Shown here in pieces: positions 1 through 12,135 of a stretch of DNA of 64,000 nt (position 1 is the stretch's first letter; each line of letters begins with the position of its first letter). The stretch is taken from positions 168,022,001 through 168,086,000 of the forward strand of contig NC_086097.1 of assembly GCF_963921235.1 (NCBI RefSeq), in the 5' to 3' direction. The position numbers were made by a program, and so were the translations under genes. Source of the stretch: Mobula hypostoma. Its lineage: Eukaryota. The notes under the pieces were generated by a model, which was not told where the DNA came from, did no database searches, and saw only the letters and a program-made list of their open reading frames with translations.

Positions 1-770
1 CCACACTGATTCAAAAGAGGATTCTGCTACATTACCCACACTTTCCATAGCTGTAATAGTATCCCTGACCAGTAATGCCACCCCTCCTCCCCTTTTTCCC
101 CCCGTTCTATCCCTTTTAAAGCACTGAAATCCAGGAATATTGAGAATCCATTCCTATCCTGGTGCCAGCCAAGTCTCTGTAATGGCCACTACATCATAAT
201 TCCATGTATATATCCAAGCTCTCAGTTCATCACCTTTGTTCCTGATGCTTTTTGCATTGAAGTACACACATTTCAGCCCTTCTACCTTACTGTCTTTACA
301 CTGTTTATTCTGCTTCTCTTTCCTCAAAGCCTCTCTGTATGTTAGATCTGGCTTTACTCCTTTCACTGCTCTATCGCTCTGGGTCCTATCCCCCTTGCAA
401 ATTAGTTTAAACCCTCCCAAACCATGCTAGCAAACCTACCTGCAAGGATATTGCTCCCCCTCGAGTTCAGGTGCAACCCATGCAATCTGTACAGGTCCCA
501 CTTTCCCCAGAAGAGGTCCCAATGATCCAAAAATCTAAAACCCTGCCCCCTGCACCAACTCCTCAGCCACGCATTCAACTGCCGTCTCCTCCAATTCTCA
601 CCATTACTATCATGTAGCACTGGCAGCAATCCCGAGAATGCCACCCTTGAGGTCCTGTTCTTCAGCCTTCTGCCTAGTTCCCGAAACTCACACTACAGGA
701 CCTCATCCCTCTTCCTGCCTATGTTCACTTCATTTTCCCATCTAAGCCACAGTCATCGAGCTGCAGCTTG
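1..770 (-). mobile_element. Second CR1 family fragment: internally deleted ORF1 esterase plus the start of ORF2 endonuclease, running off the window
   Basis: FLDHWDLFW..GLHLN in the ORF1 frame; YFNAKSIRNK, AITETWL in the ORF2 frame. Confidence 0.9.
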
Positions 771-1121
771 ATGTACTTCATTTAGATGTAGTTATCAGGA
801 AGAAATATCTTCACCTGATAAGGGGTCTTGGCCTGAAATGTCAAATGTTCATTTCCCTCTATCGATGCTGCCTGACCTTCTGAGTTCCCTCAGCATTTTC
901 TGGGTATTACTTAAAACTTTTGGTCTGCAACGTCCTCCTACTCCAAGGCAAATGTTCTACAGTACTGGGAACAGGACATGACAAGATATCATTTAATGGC
1001 CCCTTGTCAGTTGATATGATAGTGCACCAATTTGGAGCTGTTGATTGTACAGCACACAAAATCAATTCAGAACAAGAAAAGCCCATTTGGCCCATCAAGT
1101 TCATGTTTGTTTCTTCTAGAG

Positions 1122-1203
1122 CAGAGGTTCACAACCCGGGGTCCACGGACCTCTTGCTTAATGGTATTGGTCCATGGCATAAAAAAAAGGCTGGGAACCC
1201 CTG
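1122..1203. mobile_element. Short (82 bp) hAT/Charlie-type MITE
   Basis: Imperfect TIRs CAGAGGTTCACAACC / GGCTGGGAACCCCTG; 8 bp target duplication degenerate. Confidence 0.6.
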
Positions 1204-4200
1204 TTCTTTTGAGTAACTAGTCAATTCCACTTCCCCTCCTATAAATCAGATTAATTCCTCTCAAACTCCCTTCTGAAACCCCTGTTTAAATTATGATAAT
1301 TACATGCAAACTACATACAGGAAAGCAATCTGTCACTTGTGATCATTAAAAACACAAGAGGTTCTGCAGATACCAGATATCTTGATCAACACACAGTTCG
1401 GCACGTCAAGCAGCATCTATGGAGGGGAATAAACAGTCAACATTTCAGACTGAGGCCTGCCTTGACATGTTACTTGAGGTCAAGCCTGATTGATGGGGAA
1501 ATTATACACTGTCACCACATGTGATCCTAATGACTGTACAAGAATAGATTGCAATGCTGAATGCCTCAGCAAGAACATAAAGATCTGGTTATGTAACAGC
1601 CTCGAGGAAGGCAGACTGGAGTTGCTCAGAATTCAATCAGAACCTTGGGGGGGGGGTGTGGAAGGGGGTTCTCTGTGGAGTTCATGCGTTCTACCTGTGG
1701 TCCTGTGGGCTTCCCTCAAATGCTTTGGTTTCGTTCCACAGCCCAAAGGTATGCCGGCTGTCAGTTTAATCAGCCGCTGAAAATTGCCTCTTACTATGTA
1801 GATGAATACAGCATCTGGGGGCTCTGTCTCCATGCTGTATGACTCTATTTGTAAAATTAAAAGTCAAGACTCCCGAGGAACAGATGGAACAAGAGAGACA
1901 TCTATCTCAGTATTTTTCCTATAACTTTTTACTTTAACAAATCACAAATAAATAGCGTCTCCAAACTGTAGTAATTGATTCCCCTTTATGTCACACTGGG
2001 CGTGACGATGAGGACGGCCCATGGCAGAATTCAGAAAATATTATGCTTGATTTTATGAAAGGAACTTTAATGATCTGCAAATGTCAGTAACTAAGCTCCA
2101 ATTTAGTCTCAGACTTGAACTTGTATCACTATTTCTGGCGATTCCCTGCAAAATGACATCATCCATGTGCCTTTCAAACCAGTTGAGCTGGGCCTTCACC
2201 CATTGTTTGAACATAGAACAGTACAGCACACAACAGGCCTTTTGGTCCACAATGTTGTGTTGACATTTTAACCTACTTCAAAATCAATCTAACGCTTCCC
2301 TCCCACATTAACCCTCCATTTTTCTTTCATCTGTGGCCCTATCTGAGTCACTTAAGCATCCAGAATTTATTTGCCTGGCAGCGTGTTCCAAGTACCCACC
2401 ATTCCCAGTGCAGAAAACCTATCTCTGACATCCCCCCTATATTTTCCTCCAATCTCCATAAAATTATGCCCTCTTGTACTAGCCACTTCCAACCTGGGAA
2501 AAAGACACTTTGGCAGGAAGTGTTTCGTACAAAGTCTAAGATTCAGACTGGGTACTCCCTTTGATCAGTGTTGAGTCATGCTTCCGTCAAGTGGTTACAG
2601 CCCCAGAACAGGAGATTTCCCATTCCTGTGGTACTATGACCCAGCCGAAGAGTCTAGCTACCCACAGACTCTAGAAACCACAGTGATACAGGCCACGAAA
2701 GAATGTTGTCCTCTCCAGTGTCCTTCCTGACCCCTTCACCGAGAAATTTCAACCCCATGTGTTAACACTTCTGTCAATACAATACGAAGTGCATGTCTCT
2801 TGGAATCATTTGGCAAACCTTTTAACAAAGTGTGTAGCCTCTTGAATCAGAGCTTCAGTTTACACTTCACTACGGTTAAACAGTCAGGTTCAGACCTGTA
2901 GGTAGATGCAATATTCCAGTTTGAGTGGTTCAAATGTTACACCACTGTAAAAAAATTTTTAAACCACACTAAATGGCAAAACTTCACTGTAATCTGCAAA
3001 ACAAAGCAATAAGTATCCCAATTACATGAAAATCTATCTTAATCTGTGAATGCTCCTGGGCCTTCAGTGTATTTAATTATTCAGAGCTGCTTAAAATCTG
3101 AGCGGAGGCATGGAGCTAAAATATGAACACCAACACCCTAAGCAAATAGGAGACGCAAGGAGCTCATGACAAGTAGCTGCAAATTTCCTTGCTATTGGAA
3201 TGGAACTGTATAATCTGAACTGTGCTCTGTGCACAGTAGGAGAATTAAGGGTTATGGGGGAAAAGGCAGATAGGTGGAGATGAGTCCATGGCCAGATCAG
3301 CCATGATCTCATTGAATGGCGGAGCAGGCTCGACAGGCCAGATGGCCGACTCCTGCTCCTACTTCTGATGTTCTAATGAGAGAGGAATACTTGCAGTTTG
3401 CTAACAGGCAACAGCAAACAACCTCCTGCTGTGCATTGTTCTGTGCTTTAGGCCTGCTTTTGTGTTTTACTCATAAACACAAGAGGCCAGATTACACTGA
3501 ACCTGACTCACACCTTCCCATCTTTCTGGGATACTCAGTTATGTAGGGACTTGCTGAGATCACACCTGAAGTATTCTGCTTGATTTTTAACCCCTTACCT
3601 AATAAGGGACTTGCTTTCATAGAAGGAGTGCAGCAGAGATTCACTAGAATAGTTCCAAGGACAGTGGTTTGCTACAATAGGAGATGTCAAGTAGATAGAG
3701 ACTGTATTCTTTAGAGTTTTGCAGAATGAGAGCAGACCTCGCTGAAACAACATTCTCACACGGCTCAGCAGGCTGGATGTTTCCTCTCCCTGAGGGGTCT
3801 AGGACCAGGGATGACAGAATAAAGGATTGTAACTGAGAGATTTCTTCATGCCAGGGGTGGTTATAGACCCAGGGACATTAGGGAGATACAAGAGGCTCTA
3901 GAAAGGCACATGAATGAAAGAGAAATAGCGGGTTATGTAGGAGGGGAGCATTAGCTTGATCCTGGAGTCTGCTGAAGACTGGCACAACATCATGGGATGA
4001 AGGGCCTGTACTGTGTTTTATGTTCACAGAGAGGGCAGTGAACCTTTGCAATTCTGTAGGGTCACGGAGACTCAGTTTATTCTGTAATACGCGACTCTTT
4101 AGTCCATTCATCCCTCCCCACTGATCGCCCTCCTGGTACTTACCCTTGCAACCCGACTTCACCCCTCTCCCTCCCGGTTTCACCTCCTACCTTGTGTTTC

Positions 4201-4245
4201 TTCCTCCCCTCCCCCACCTTTAAAATCTACTCTTTTTTTCCTGCC

Positions 4246-4495
4246 CGGCTGGTGGCGTAGTGGCATCAGCGCTGGACTTTGGGACAAAAGGTCACGAGTT
4301 CGAATCCAGCTGGCTACCCTACACGCTTTCCATCCATGCTGATAAGCTGGTGATCTCTTTGAAAACTCACCCGGCAGAAGGCAATGGCAAACCACTACTG
4401 TAACTTGCCTCATACGTGGTTCCCCACTACGTTAGAGAGGTGTGGAGGGAAATCATCCGCTAACCAGAGAAATTCCGGATGCAATGTACCTTTCC
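4246..4495 (+). mobile_element. tRNA-derived SINE with (CCTTT)n tail
   Basis: A box TGGCGTAGTGG, B box GAGTTCGAATCC; 9 bp TSD TTTCCTGCC at 4237-4245 and 4496-4504. Confidence 0.85.
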
Positions 4496-4998
4496 TTTCC
4501 TGCCAAAGGGTCGCGGCCCGAAACGTTGACCGTACTTGTTTTTTCATAGATGCTGCCTGGCCTGCTGAGATCCTCAAGTGTTGCTTGGATTTCTTGCTCG
4601 TTCTATACTCTGAAGAGCCACGGAGACTCAGTTTGTTCATACTAAAAATGGATCAATGGATTTCTGGATCTTAAGGAATCAGGAGGCACTGTAAATTGTG
4701 ATGAGGTAGATGGTCTCAATGAATAGTGGAACAGGCTTCCAAAGCCAAAGGAACCCCTCCTGCTCCAACTTCTTATGTCCTTGAACCTTGTGTGGCTCCC
4801 AGTCAATCCAAAGGCAGCATCAGTCAGCAACAACAAGGATCATGCCAATCGTCTTCTGTTGGCTCCTCTTGCCACAGACCTTCTTTAACCTTTCTAAAGC
4901 TCTCCCATAATCAAAGACATTTCAAAATCACAGGAATAAACAAATATGAATAAATTCATATAAATACATTCAATGTTTACAAACAGCAATACTATTCT

Positions 4999-5004
4999 TT
5001 TTAA
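4999..5004 (-). terminator. Candidate MPPE1 polyadenylation signal (ATTAAA)
   Basis: ATTAAA on the minus strand followed by a T/GT-rich tract about 1.1 kb after the stop; an alternative AATAAA lies at about 5869-5874. Confidence 0.3.
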
Positions 5005-6079
5005 TGAATATTGTCCATTCCATTCAAATGAATTCTTGCCAATTATGGACCGGGGGTAAGATAAGGGACAAGGTATAAAGTGTATCCCATGTTTCAGTTT
5101 ATCTTTTGCCCCAGTATCCAACCACTGAATCTACTGACACAGAAAGAAGCCAGGAGCAACACTGTTTCATGTTTCAGCCAGCTGCTGGTTGGTTCCCTGT
5201 AGACAGATGACAAGCTGTCACTGCGGTCTGGTCCAATAACTAAATGATCCTGGTGAGGGTTGCCTTTGGAATTTTTGGCAAAATCAGATATTCTTGTGTG
5301 GTCAGGAAGCAAGAATGCATCGACATGCTTTCAGAATACTTCACCCTGACTCCTACATCCACATGGTTACAGGTTCAGGAAGTTGATGTGCGTGTGTAAG
5401 ACCGGACTATGAAAGGGTAGGCTGAGTCTGGAAGGATTTACTGTTTCACTACACTGGTCAAAGGCATGGAGCTGGGTAGAGTGTGTACAGCTCACAGCAA
5501 AACAGCTACTGTAAAACAAACTGTCAACTTACTCAGAAACACACTGAGTGTTTCTAGGAAATATTGATTTATATTCCATTTTCTTTCCACATGAAGAAAC
5601 CATTGCTTTATATCTCATTTGAAAGTAAGCCACATAGTTCAGTAGAATACTACCAAAATTTTATATCAACTGCAATATGTACAAATTGGTTTACCTTGCT
5701 GGTGTGTTTCTTTGAATCTATTTGACACAATGTTTATCCGTCAGTAAAAATAACACCTAAAGCCTGAGAGAGCCAGGTACCCAGGCCAAATATTTCTCAG
5801 GCTGGTGAAGGAGTGATGTTAATGTTGAGTGTTGTCTTGGGACTTGCTTCTCGAAACTTCATTTCCCATTTATTTAAGCAGCGTGATCAGCGTACTTCCA
5901 AGCTGGTTTTAATGCAGGCATTGACAAGTTTTCACAAGTTCTAAACGGCCACAATCTCAGGAGATTTTTATAACCCATCCACCAAAAGATTCAAAAAACA
6001 ATTTCCTTTCCTCAGAGGAGTAGTAGAGTAGTTCACAGAATCTCACCCAATCCAGTGCACCACGTGATGGCAAACAAAG

Positions 6080-6274
6080 CTAATCAGATCGGTGTGCTTT
6101 TGCCAGACGTTTGTGTTTGTTAATCAAACTGTGTGTCACCCATTGGTGGAAATGGAAATGCAACAGGATCAAAAGGATTGCCAGACCGCCCGCTGTGAGA
6201 TAAATGGCTCCTACGGTACTTTCTTTTGGCATGAAACATTTGGAGAGTGCAAAGTCTGTTGCTGTAATGGTGGC
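6080..6274 (-). CDS. MPPE1: MPPE1 last coding exon (ATITATDFALSKCFMPKE...transmembrane helix...KHKRLAKAHRSD*)
   Basis: Strong acceptor ttctctttctctgcag; KCxxPxE then a hydrophobic helix; TAG at 6082-6080; total CDS 1197 nt = 398 aa. Confidence 0.93.
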   Translation of the reverse strand, partial: ATITATDFALSKCFMPKESTVGAIYLTAGGLAILLILLHFHFHQWVTHSLINKHKRLAKAHRSD

Positions 6275-6589
6275 CTGCAGAGAAAGAGAACAACTCAATG
6301 TCATTGCTGCTGAGGTACTGAAATCGCTTGGTGAGCACAGCACACAGAGATGGCCAACACCCATCACTAAAATATCTCATTGCAAACCACCTATAAATAT
6401 CTCCCTCTTTGAGGAGTCTCTTGTAGAAAAAGCAGAGTCATGTGAATTCATGCAAGGTTGAATCTTCTGATTGCACACCTCAGACTCAATATAAAATTTA
6501 ACTTTAGAGAATCAGACACTCTAATCCTCCACGTTTCACAAATTGTTTCTTCTTCTCCTCCCACCAGCTAGTTTCAGATGTCATTCACT

Positions 6590-6870
6590 CCTTGCATTGA
6601 TATCTTCAGCAAACACCACTGTCTGTAAGTTGCCTTCCAAACTACACACCATCCTGACCTGGAACATTTCACTGTTCCTTCACATCGCTGCATCGAAATC
6701 CTGGAACTCCCTCTCTCGCAACTGCCTTCTTCAACCACTGCATTCCTTGATGTGTACCCACACCACAGCAGTTCAAGAAGGCAGCTCACCGCCAGCTTCT
6801 CAAGGGCAACTAGGGATGGAGGTTCAAATGCTGGCTCGGTGTGTGAAGCCCACATCCCTTGAATGAGTTT
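6590..6870 (+). mobile_element. Old CR1-type LINE 3' end
   Basis: Residual KSWNSL coding motif and tail GCAGTTCAAGAAGGCAGCTCACC...AAGGGCAACTAGGGATGG. Confidence 0.55.
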
Positions 6871-7365
6871 AAAAACTTTTTTTTTGTCTTTTCACCAGCC
6901 TTCGCCACTCTGCCAGCTGGTACCAGCACCACCTGCATCATTCAATCTCTCTTACTCTTTCCACTCCTCCTGGTTCTTATGAAAGGTTATCCTTTCTCAT
7001 TTGCTGTCTGACCTGCTGAAGATTTCCAGCATTTTCCATATTGTTTCAGAGTTTCACCATGTACAACATTGTGATTTTACACACAGCAGCTTAATGGTGA
7101 CATTCTTGGATCAGCAGTCACAGCCTATGATTATTGACCCAGAGACAGGAATTCAAACCCTAGCATAGCACAGCACTAGAACTTAAATTTGTGGAATTAA
7201 TCGCATCAATTAATTGGTGGTGGCTACAAAACTACTATCTTCTTGAATACTTACACTGCTTACTGAACAAGACAGCATAGAAATAAGCTCGAGTCCACCA
7301 AGAACCTGCTTTTACACTAATCCAACTATCCTCCCCACATTCCCATCAATTTCCCAGATCCAACA

Positions 7366-7606
7366 CGAGGGAGAACTTCTTTACTCAGAGAGTGGTAGCT
7401 GTGTGGAACGAGCTTCCAGCAGAAGTGGTTGAGGCAGGTTCGATGTTGTCGTTTAAAGTTAAATTGGATAGATATATGGACAGGAAAGGAATGGAGGGTT
7501 ATGGGCTGAGTGCAGGTCGGTGGGACCAGGTGAGAGTAAGAGTTCGGCACGGACTAGAAGGGCTGAGATGGCCTGTTTCCGTGCTGTAATTGTTATATGG
7601 TTATAT
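7366..7606 (+). mobile_element. Young CR1 3' fragment nested in a SINE
   Basis: FFTQRVVAVWNELP C-terminal motif and (GTTATATG)n tail. Confidence 0.8.
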
Positions 7607-9797
7607 CCTACCACTCACCTACACACTTGGGGAAATTTGCAGTTGCCAATTAACTTACTAATCTGCATGGTCAAATAATACCCTTTGTGGCAGTGAATCT
7701 GCAGGCCTTACCTCCAACCTTGACATGACTCAGCACCACACTAGTGTGGCTGACTTCAAACTTCTTTGAAATGGTCTAGCAAGCCACTATATTCAAGAAA
7801 CTGGGGATAAGCAGTAAATACTTGCCTTGTCAATGAAATGAACTACCTTTTCATAGAAAGGTATAGTGCGCATAGTGAAAGTTGGTGAATACAGTGACGG
7901 TGAAGGAGGGATGCAGCATTCCAGGGAGTTAATAGTCTCTCAGCATACAGTGAGGTCAGTAGAAAGAGATGAACCCTTGTACAGACCAGGTCCCTGTACT
8001 GATCCAATGTACTTGTGTAGGAGGAAGTTCTCTTGGATGTTTCTGCCATGTTCAGTTGTCATTATTACTGTATGTGTCAGGACTCTAGTCCAGAAACAGT
8101 CATTGTACCTTCTTATCAGGAGTCAAGATTAAACTGCAAATTGGGCCTCAAGTGGCAGACTGTGGAAACCCCATCCCAGGAACACTGGCTAGCAGCAGAC
8201 CCAGCTCAGAGCTTGGCCTTGTTAGTTGTTCTGGGTCTTTGACAATTTTTAAATTGCCTCTGACAATCCTCCAGATTCTTTAAATAACTAAATTCAACTT
8301 CCCCAGCTGCAGTAGCGGGATCGAAACAAATCACTAGTCCAAGCCTCTGAATCCAACCCCACATTCAACACATTTGGATCACAGCAATCAGTTTCATTTT
8401 CCCTACCTTTTGTTTCTTGTCCATTTTCTGATTCCCTCCCTGCCAGCTTCACTTCCAAGTCTTTGTTTTCATCTACCACATCACAGACTTCACTTGCTTT
8501 CTTTCCTTCCCCTCTTCCCTACCTTTGAACTCAAAACTTGCTCATGATTTACTGGTTTGCCCTAAGATTCCAGCATGAACACTGTAGGTCAAATAGCTTC
8601 CTTCTGCGGAACCTCCACAATTCTATGATGCTACAAGGTTGTGGTTTACTCTTGGTGTTCTTAAGGTTACAGCACGCTAGCAGGCCCTTCCAGCCCAATG
8701 AACCCACACCATCCCGTTACTAACCTATACCTCTTTGGAACATAGGAGGAAACCAGAGCACCCAAAGGAAACACATGCTGTCACGGGGAGAACGTACAAA
8801 CGCTATACAATCAGCAGCGGGGATTGAAGCTGGGTTACTGGTACACTAACTGCTACACTACCACACCACTACGCAGTACCTGGCTTATCTTGTGTCTGAT
8901 CCAGCTTCATCTATAGAACAGGTAGATTTTCTTGACGTTCAAAAATTGATCAATTTCAGCCTTGAAAGGACGGAGAATTTCAGGACTGAGAATTCACAAA
9001 ATCTTTATAGCTTCTTCTCTATCTCAATCTTCAACATCCAACACCTTCCAGTGGGATACTAGCCCAGTCTTAGGTTCACTAACTAAAGGAAACATCTTCT
9101 CAGTCCCTCTCACAATATTGCATCTCTCCTTCATCTGAACTCCATGAGTGTACAAACAAATTAGGAACAGGTACGAGCCTAATTCACCTACACTTTAAAC
9201 CAATTACCAATTAATTCCCACAACTTGCTCCGCCATTTAACTAGATCCTCCCTGATCCAGCTGGAAACGCAATCTGATTCCTGCTCATCCCAGTTACCTT
9301 TTGCCTACCCCACTCCCTTCCATTTGGAGTATCTGTCCACCTTGGCCACAAAGAAAAACACCACACTTTGAGGAAAATAGTTCCGAGACTCAGTCATGGG
9401 TAAATTAGATCATAAATTATTGGAAGGTACTCTATGGGACAGGATGTAAAAGTATTTGGCGAGACACGGCTATCAAAACTTGCAAGGGTTTCGAGGGTGG
9501 GAGAGGACATGGTAGATAGAACTAGGCAGAAGGTTGACACATACGTACTTTGATGATAAATTTATTTTGAGTCGGTATGGAATAGACAGGCTAAAAGGCC
9601 TGTTTCTGTGCTGTTCTTGACCTTCAACCCTCTAACCAAATAGACCAATCTTTCTTTGTCTCCAGTTCAATCCTTTATACAAGAATTAATTCATCAAATC
9701 TACTCCACCATCTCAAACTTCCAGAGAGGATGCACACCACTCTCTTTTTAAAAAACATTTTAAGATGCCTTAAACCAAAAGAAGTCTGATTCCTTAC

Positions 9798-9938
9798 CAG
9801 GAGGAAGCTGGGGTTGTCGCGATTCCTCCAGTTGAAGGAAGGGATGCTGATCTCAGGGAGGTGCTGCCCGTGCAGCACAGTGCAGGCGCTGTGTGTGTGA
9901 CCACTCAGGATCAGACGAGGCTGAAACCACCACAGCAG
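9798..9938 (-). CDS. MPPE1: MPPE1 coding exon 8 ([19 protein letters not shown]...[14 protein letters not shown])
   Basis: GHTH motif and PSFxWRN; acceptor ttccag, donor gtaagg; 141 nt. Confidence 0.96.
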
Positions 9939-12135
9939 CTGGAACCCACCCAAAGAAGTTTGTTAGTACCAACACATTAAAAACAGTTTTGAACAGACAT
10001 GTTGATCTGTGCACCACGTTCATGTCGAGGTAGTAAATCACTGACAGAAAGACGCAGCATAGAAACATGCTCGAGTCCACCAAGGTCCTGTTTTTACACT
10101 AATCCCACTCTCCTCCCCACATTCCCATCAGCTTTCTCCAGATTCTACCACTCACCTACACACTCGGGGCAATTTACCGTCACCAATTAACTTACCAACC
10201 TGCATCGTGTTTAGGACATGGGAGGAAACGAGATCACCCGGGGGAAAAGAACCAGCTCACAGGGAGAAGGTGCAAACTCCACACACAGGTGGCACAGGAG
10301 GGCAGGACTGAACCTGGGCCACTGCAGCTGCGGCTCAGTTGCACCACTAGGAGGGCCACTGCCTCTAGTTAGTAACACCAGTTGACAGAGGAAAGGGGTA
10401 TACAAGTGCCCTGGTATCTAGACTGGAAGGGAAGTGAATATTTACCAGGAAGCACCAGACTGGTTTCTGTATCATGAACAGTGCAGGCAAACAGCACACT
10501 GCAGCTGTTCGAGCTGCAGAAATTTGCCCTGATGGAATTCACAAATCATCTTCCAAGTACTTGAGGTGCAGAATAAAATTCACTCTCACAGAAAGTGAGG
10601 AGTAACAAAGCAGTTAAATAAAATTTATTTTTCAACTCGTATTCCTTGGTACATGTGCAAATGATGCAGCTTCACATTGCAGAAAATTGTGATACGGATC
10701 GTTTCCAGCAGCAAACCACACAGGTCACCTGTGGTTTCCAGTGCTAACTGACCATTACATGTAGGGATGAGGTTTGAGGAAGAAATGGTCCATTACCTTT
10801 GTTAGTTTTACACACAGATACAAGTGCAGTACAAAATTGTTAGGTCCATGCCAAAGACTGGCTTATTTGGTGTGAATGTCACCAATCATTTTGGGGACAG
10901 GTAGTGATCAGTTGGTGCCCCCTCGGTAATAATGAAATGTCACAGATCCCAAGCACCAGCAAACAACGCACAGGGCCGCAAGAGGCTACAGAGGGTTGCA
11001 GCTCCATCATGGGCACAACCTGCCCCACCATCCAGTGCATCCCCTTTTTCTGTTACTACCATTGGGGAGGAGGTACAGGAGCCCAAAGACCCACAATCAA
11101 CAGTTCAGACAGTTTCTTCCCTTCCGCCAGATTTATGAACTGTCCATGAACGTTATGCCTTGCATCATTTGCACTATTTATTTTTGTAATTTATAGTAAT
11201 TTTATGTCTTTGCACTATAATACTTCTGCTGCAAAAAAAACTTCATTTCATCAGTGGTAACAAATTTGACCCGATTTTTAAGAGCTTGAGCAGTCAAAAG
11301 AATTTAACAAAAGGAATTAGGTTGGATAATCTGATCCTCCACAAGATATCCAGGTACCCACACAACATTACTGCAACAATTCCATTACATTCCCAGAGAC
11401 CACACTGCTAAAATGAGGATTACAGCCATGGTTGCTGTTCAACTATTTCAGCAGCTATAATCAGAACCACCCATTATCTCGCTACAAAATCGCCACCCTT
11501 GAATTAGCCAAGCAGCTTTGGAAATGTGCTGATGTGCACCTATGCTCTCCACCCAGTTTGCTGGGTGACAAGAGTTCAACCGGCCTGTAACAGGCACCCG
11601 CTCAGAAGTTCATTTGTGGTGATCCTATGTATGCACCTTCTCAACTGCTACAATTCTTCATGCCTCCAGCTCTGGCATTCTGAAAACATTGGTGGTTACA
11701 CTGCCCAGGTTCTCTGTAATCCAATTCCAGCCTCAACTCTTCAATTTTATCCAACTCTTTCTCATCAAGAATCTGTACACCTCTCCCTTAAAAATATTCA
11801 AGGACTCGCTTCCTCAGTGAGAGGAAGAAAGTGAGTTACAAAGACCTGGTGAGAAAAAATAATTTCATCTCCTATCTGTTATAAATAGGCGAGGCCTTTA
11901 CCTTATTTTTAAATATTAACCCCTAGTTCTAGATATTCCTCTCCACATCCACAGTCAAGACCTGTGCACTTCAGTGATCAGGGCTGAAGGACAGGGCATT
12001 GAAGTGTGCAATAGAACAAAGAGACATGGGAATATACATAGAAACATAGAAACATAGAAAATAGGTGCAGGAGTAGGCCATTCGGCCCTTCGAGCCTGCA
12101 CCGCCATTTATTATGATCATGGCTGATCATCCAAC

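Noticed and set aside
4246..4330. tRNA gene (also at 44345-44410)
   Set aside because: A and B boxes are present, but no proper acceptor stem was found and the sequence continues into a SINE body and tail
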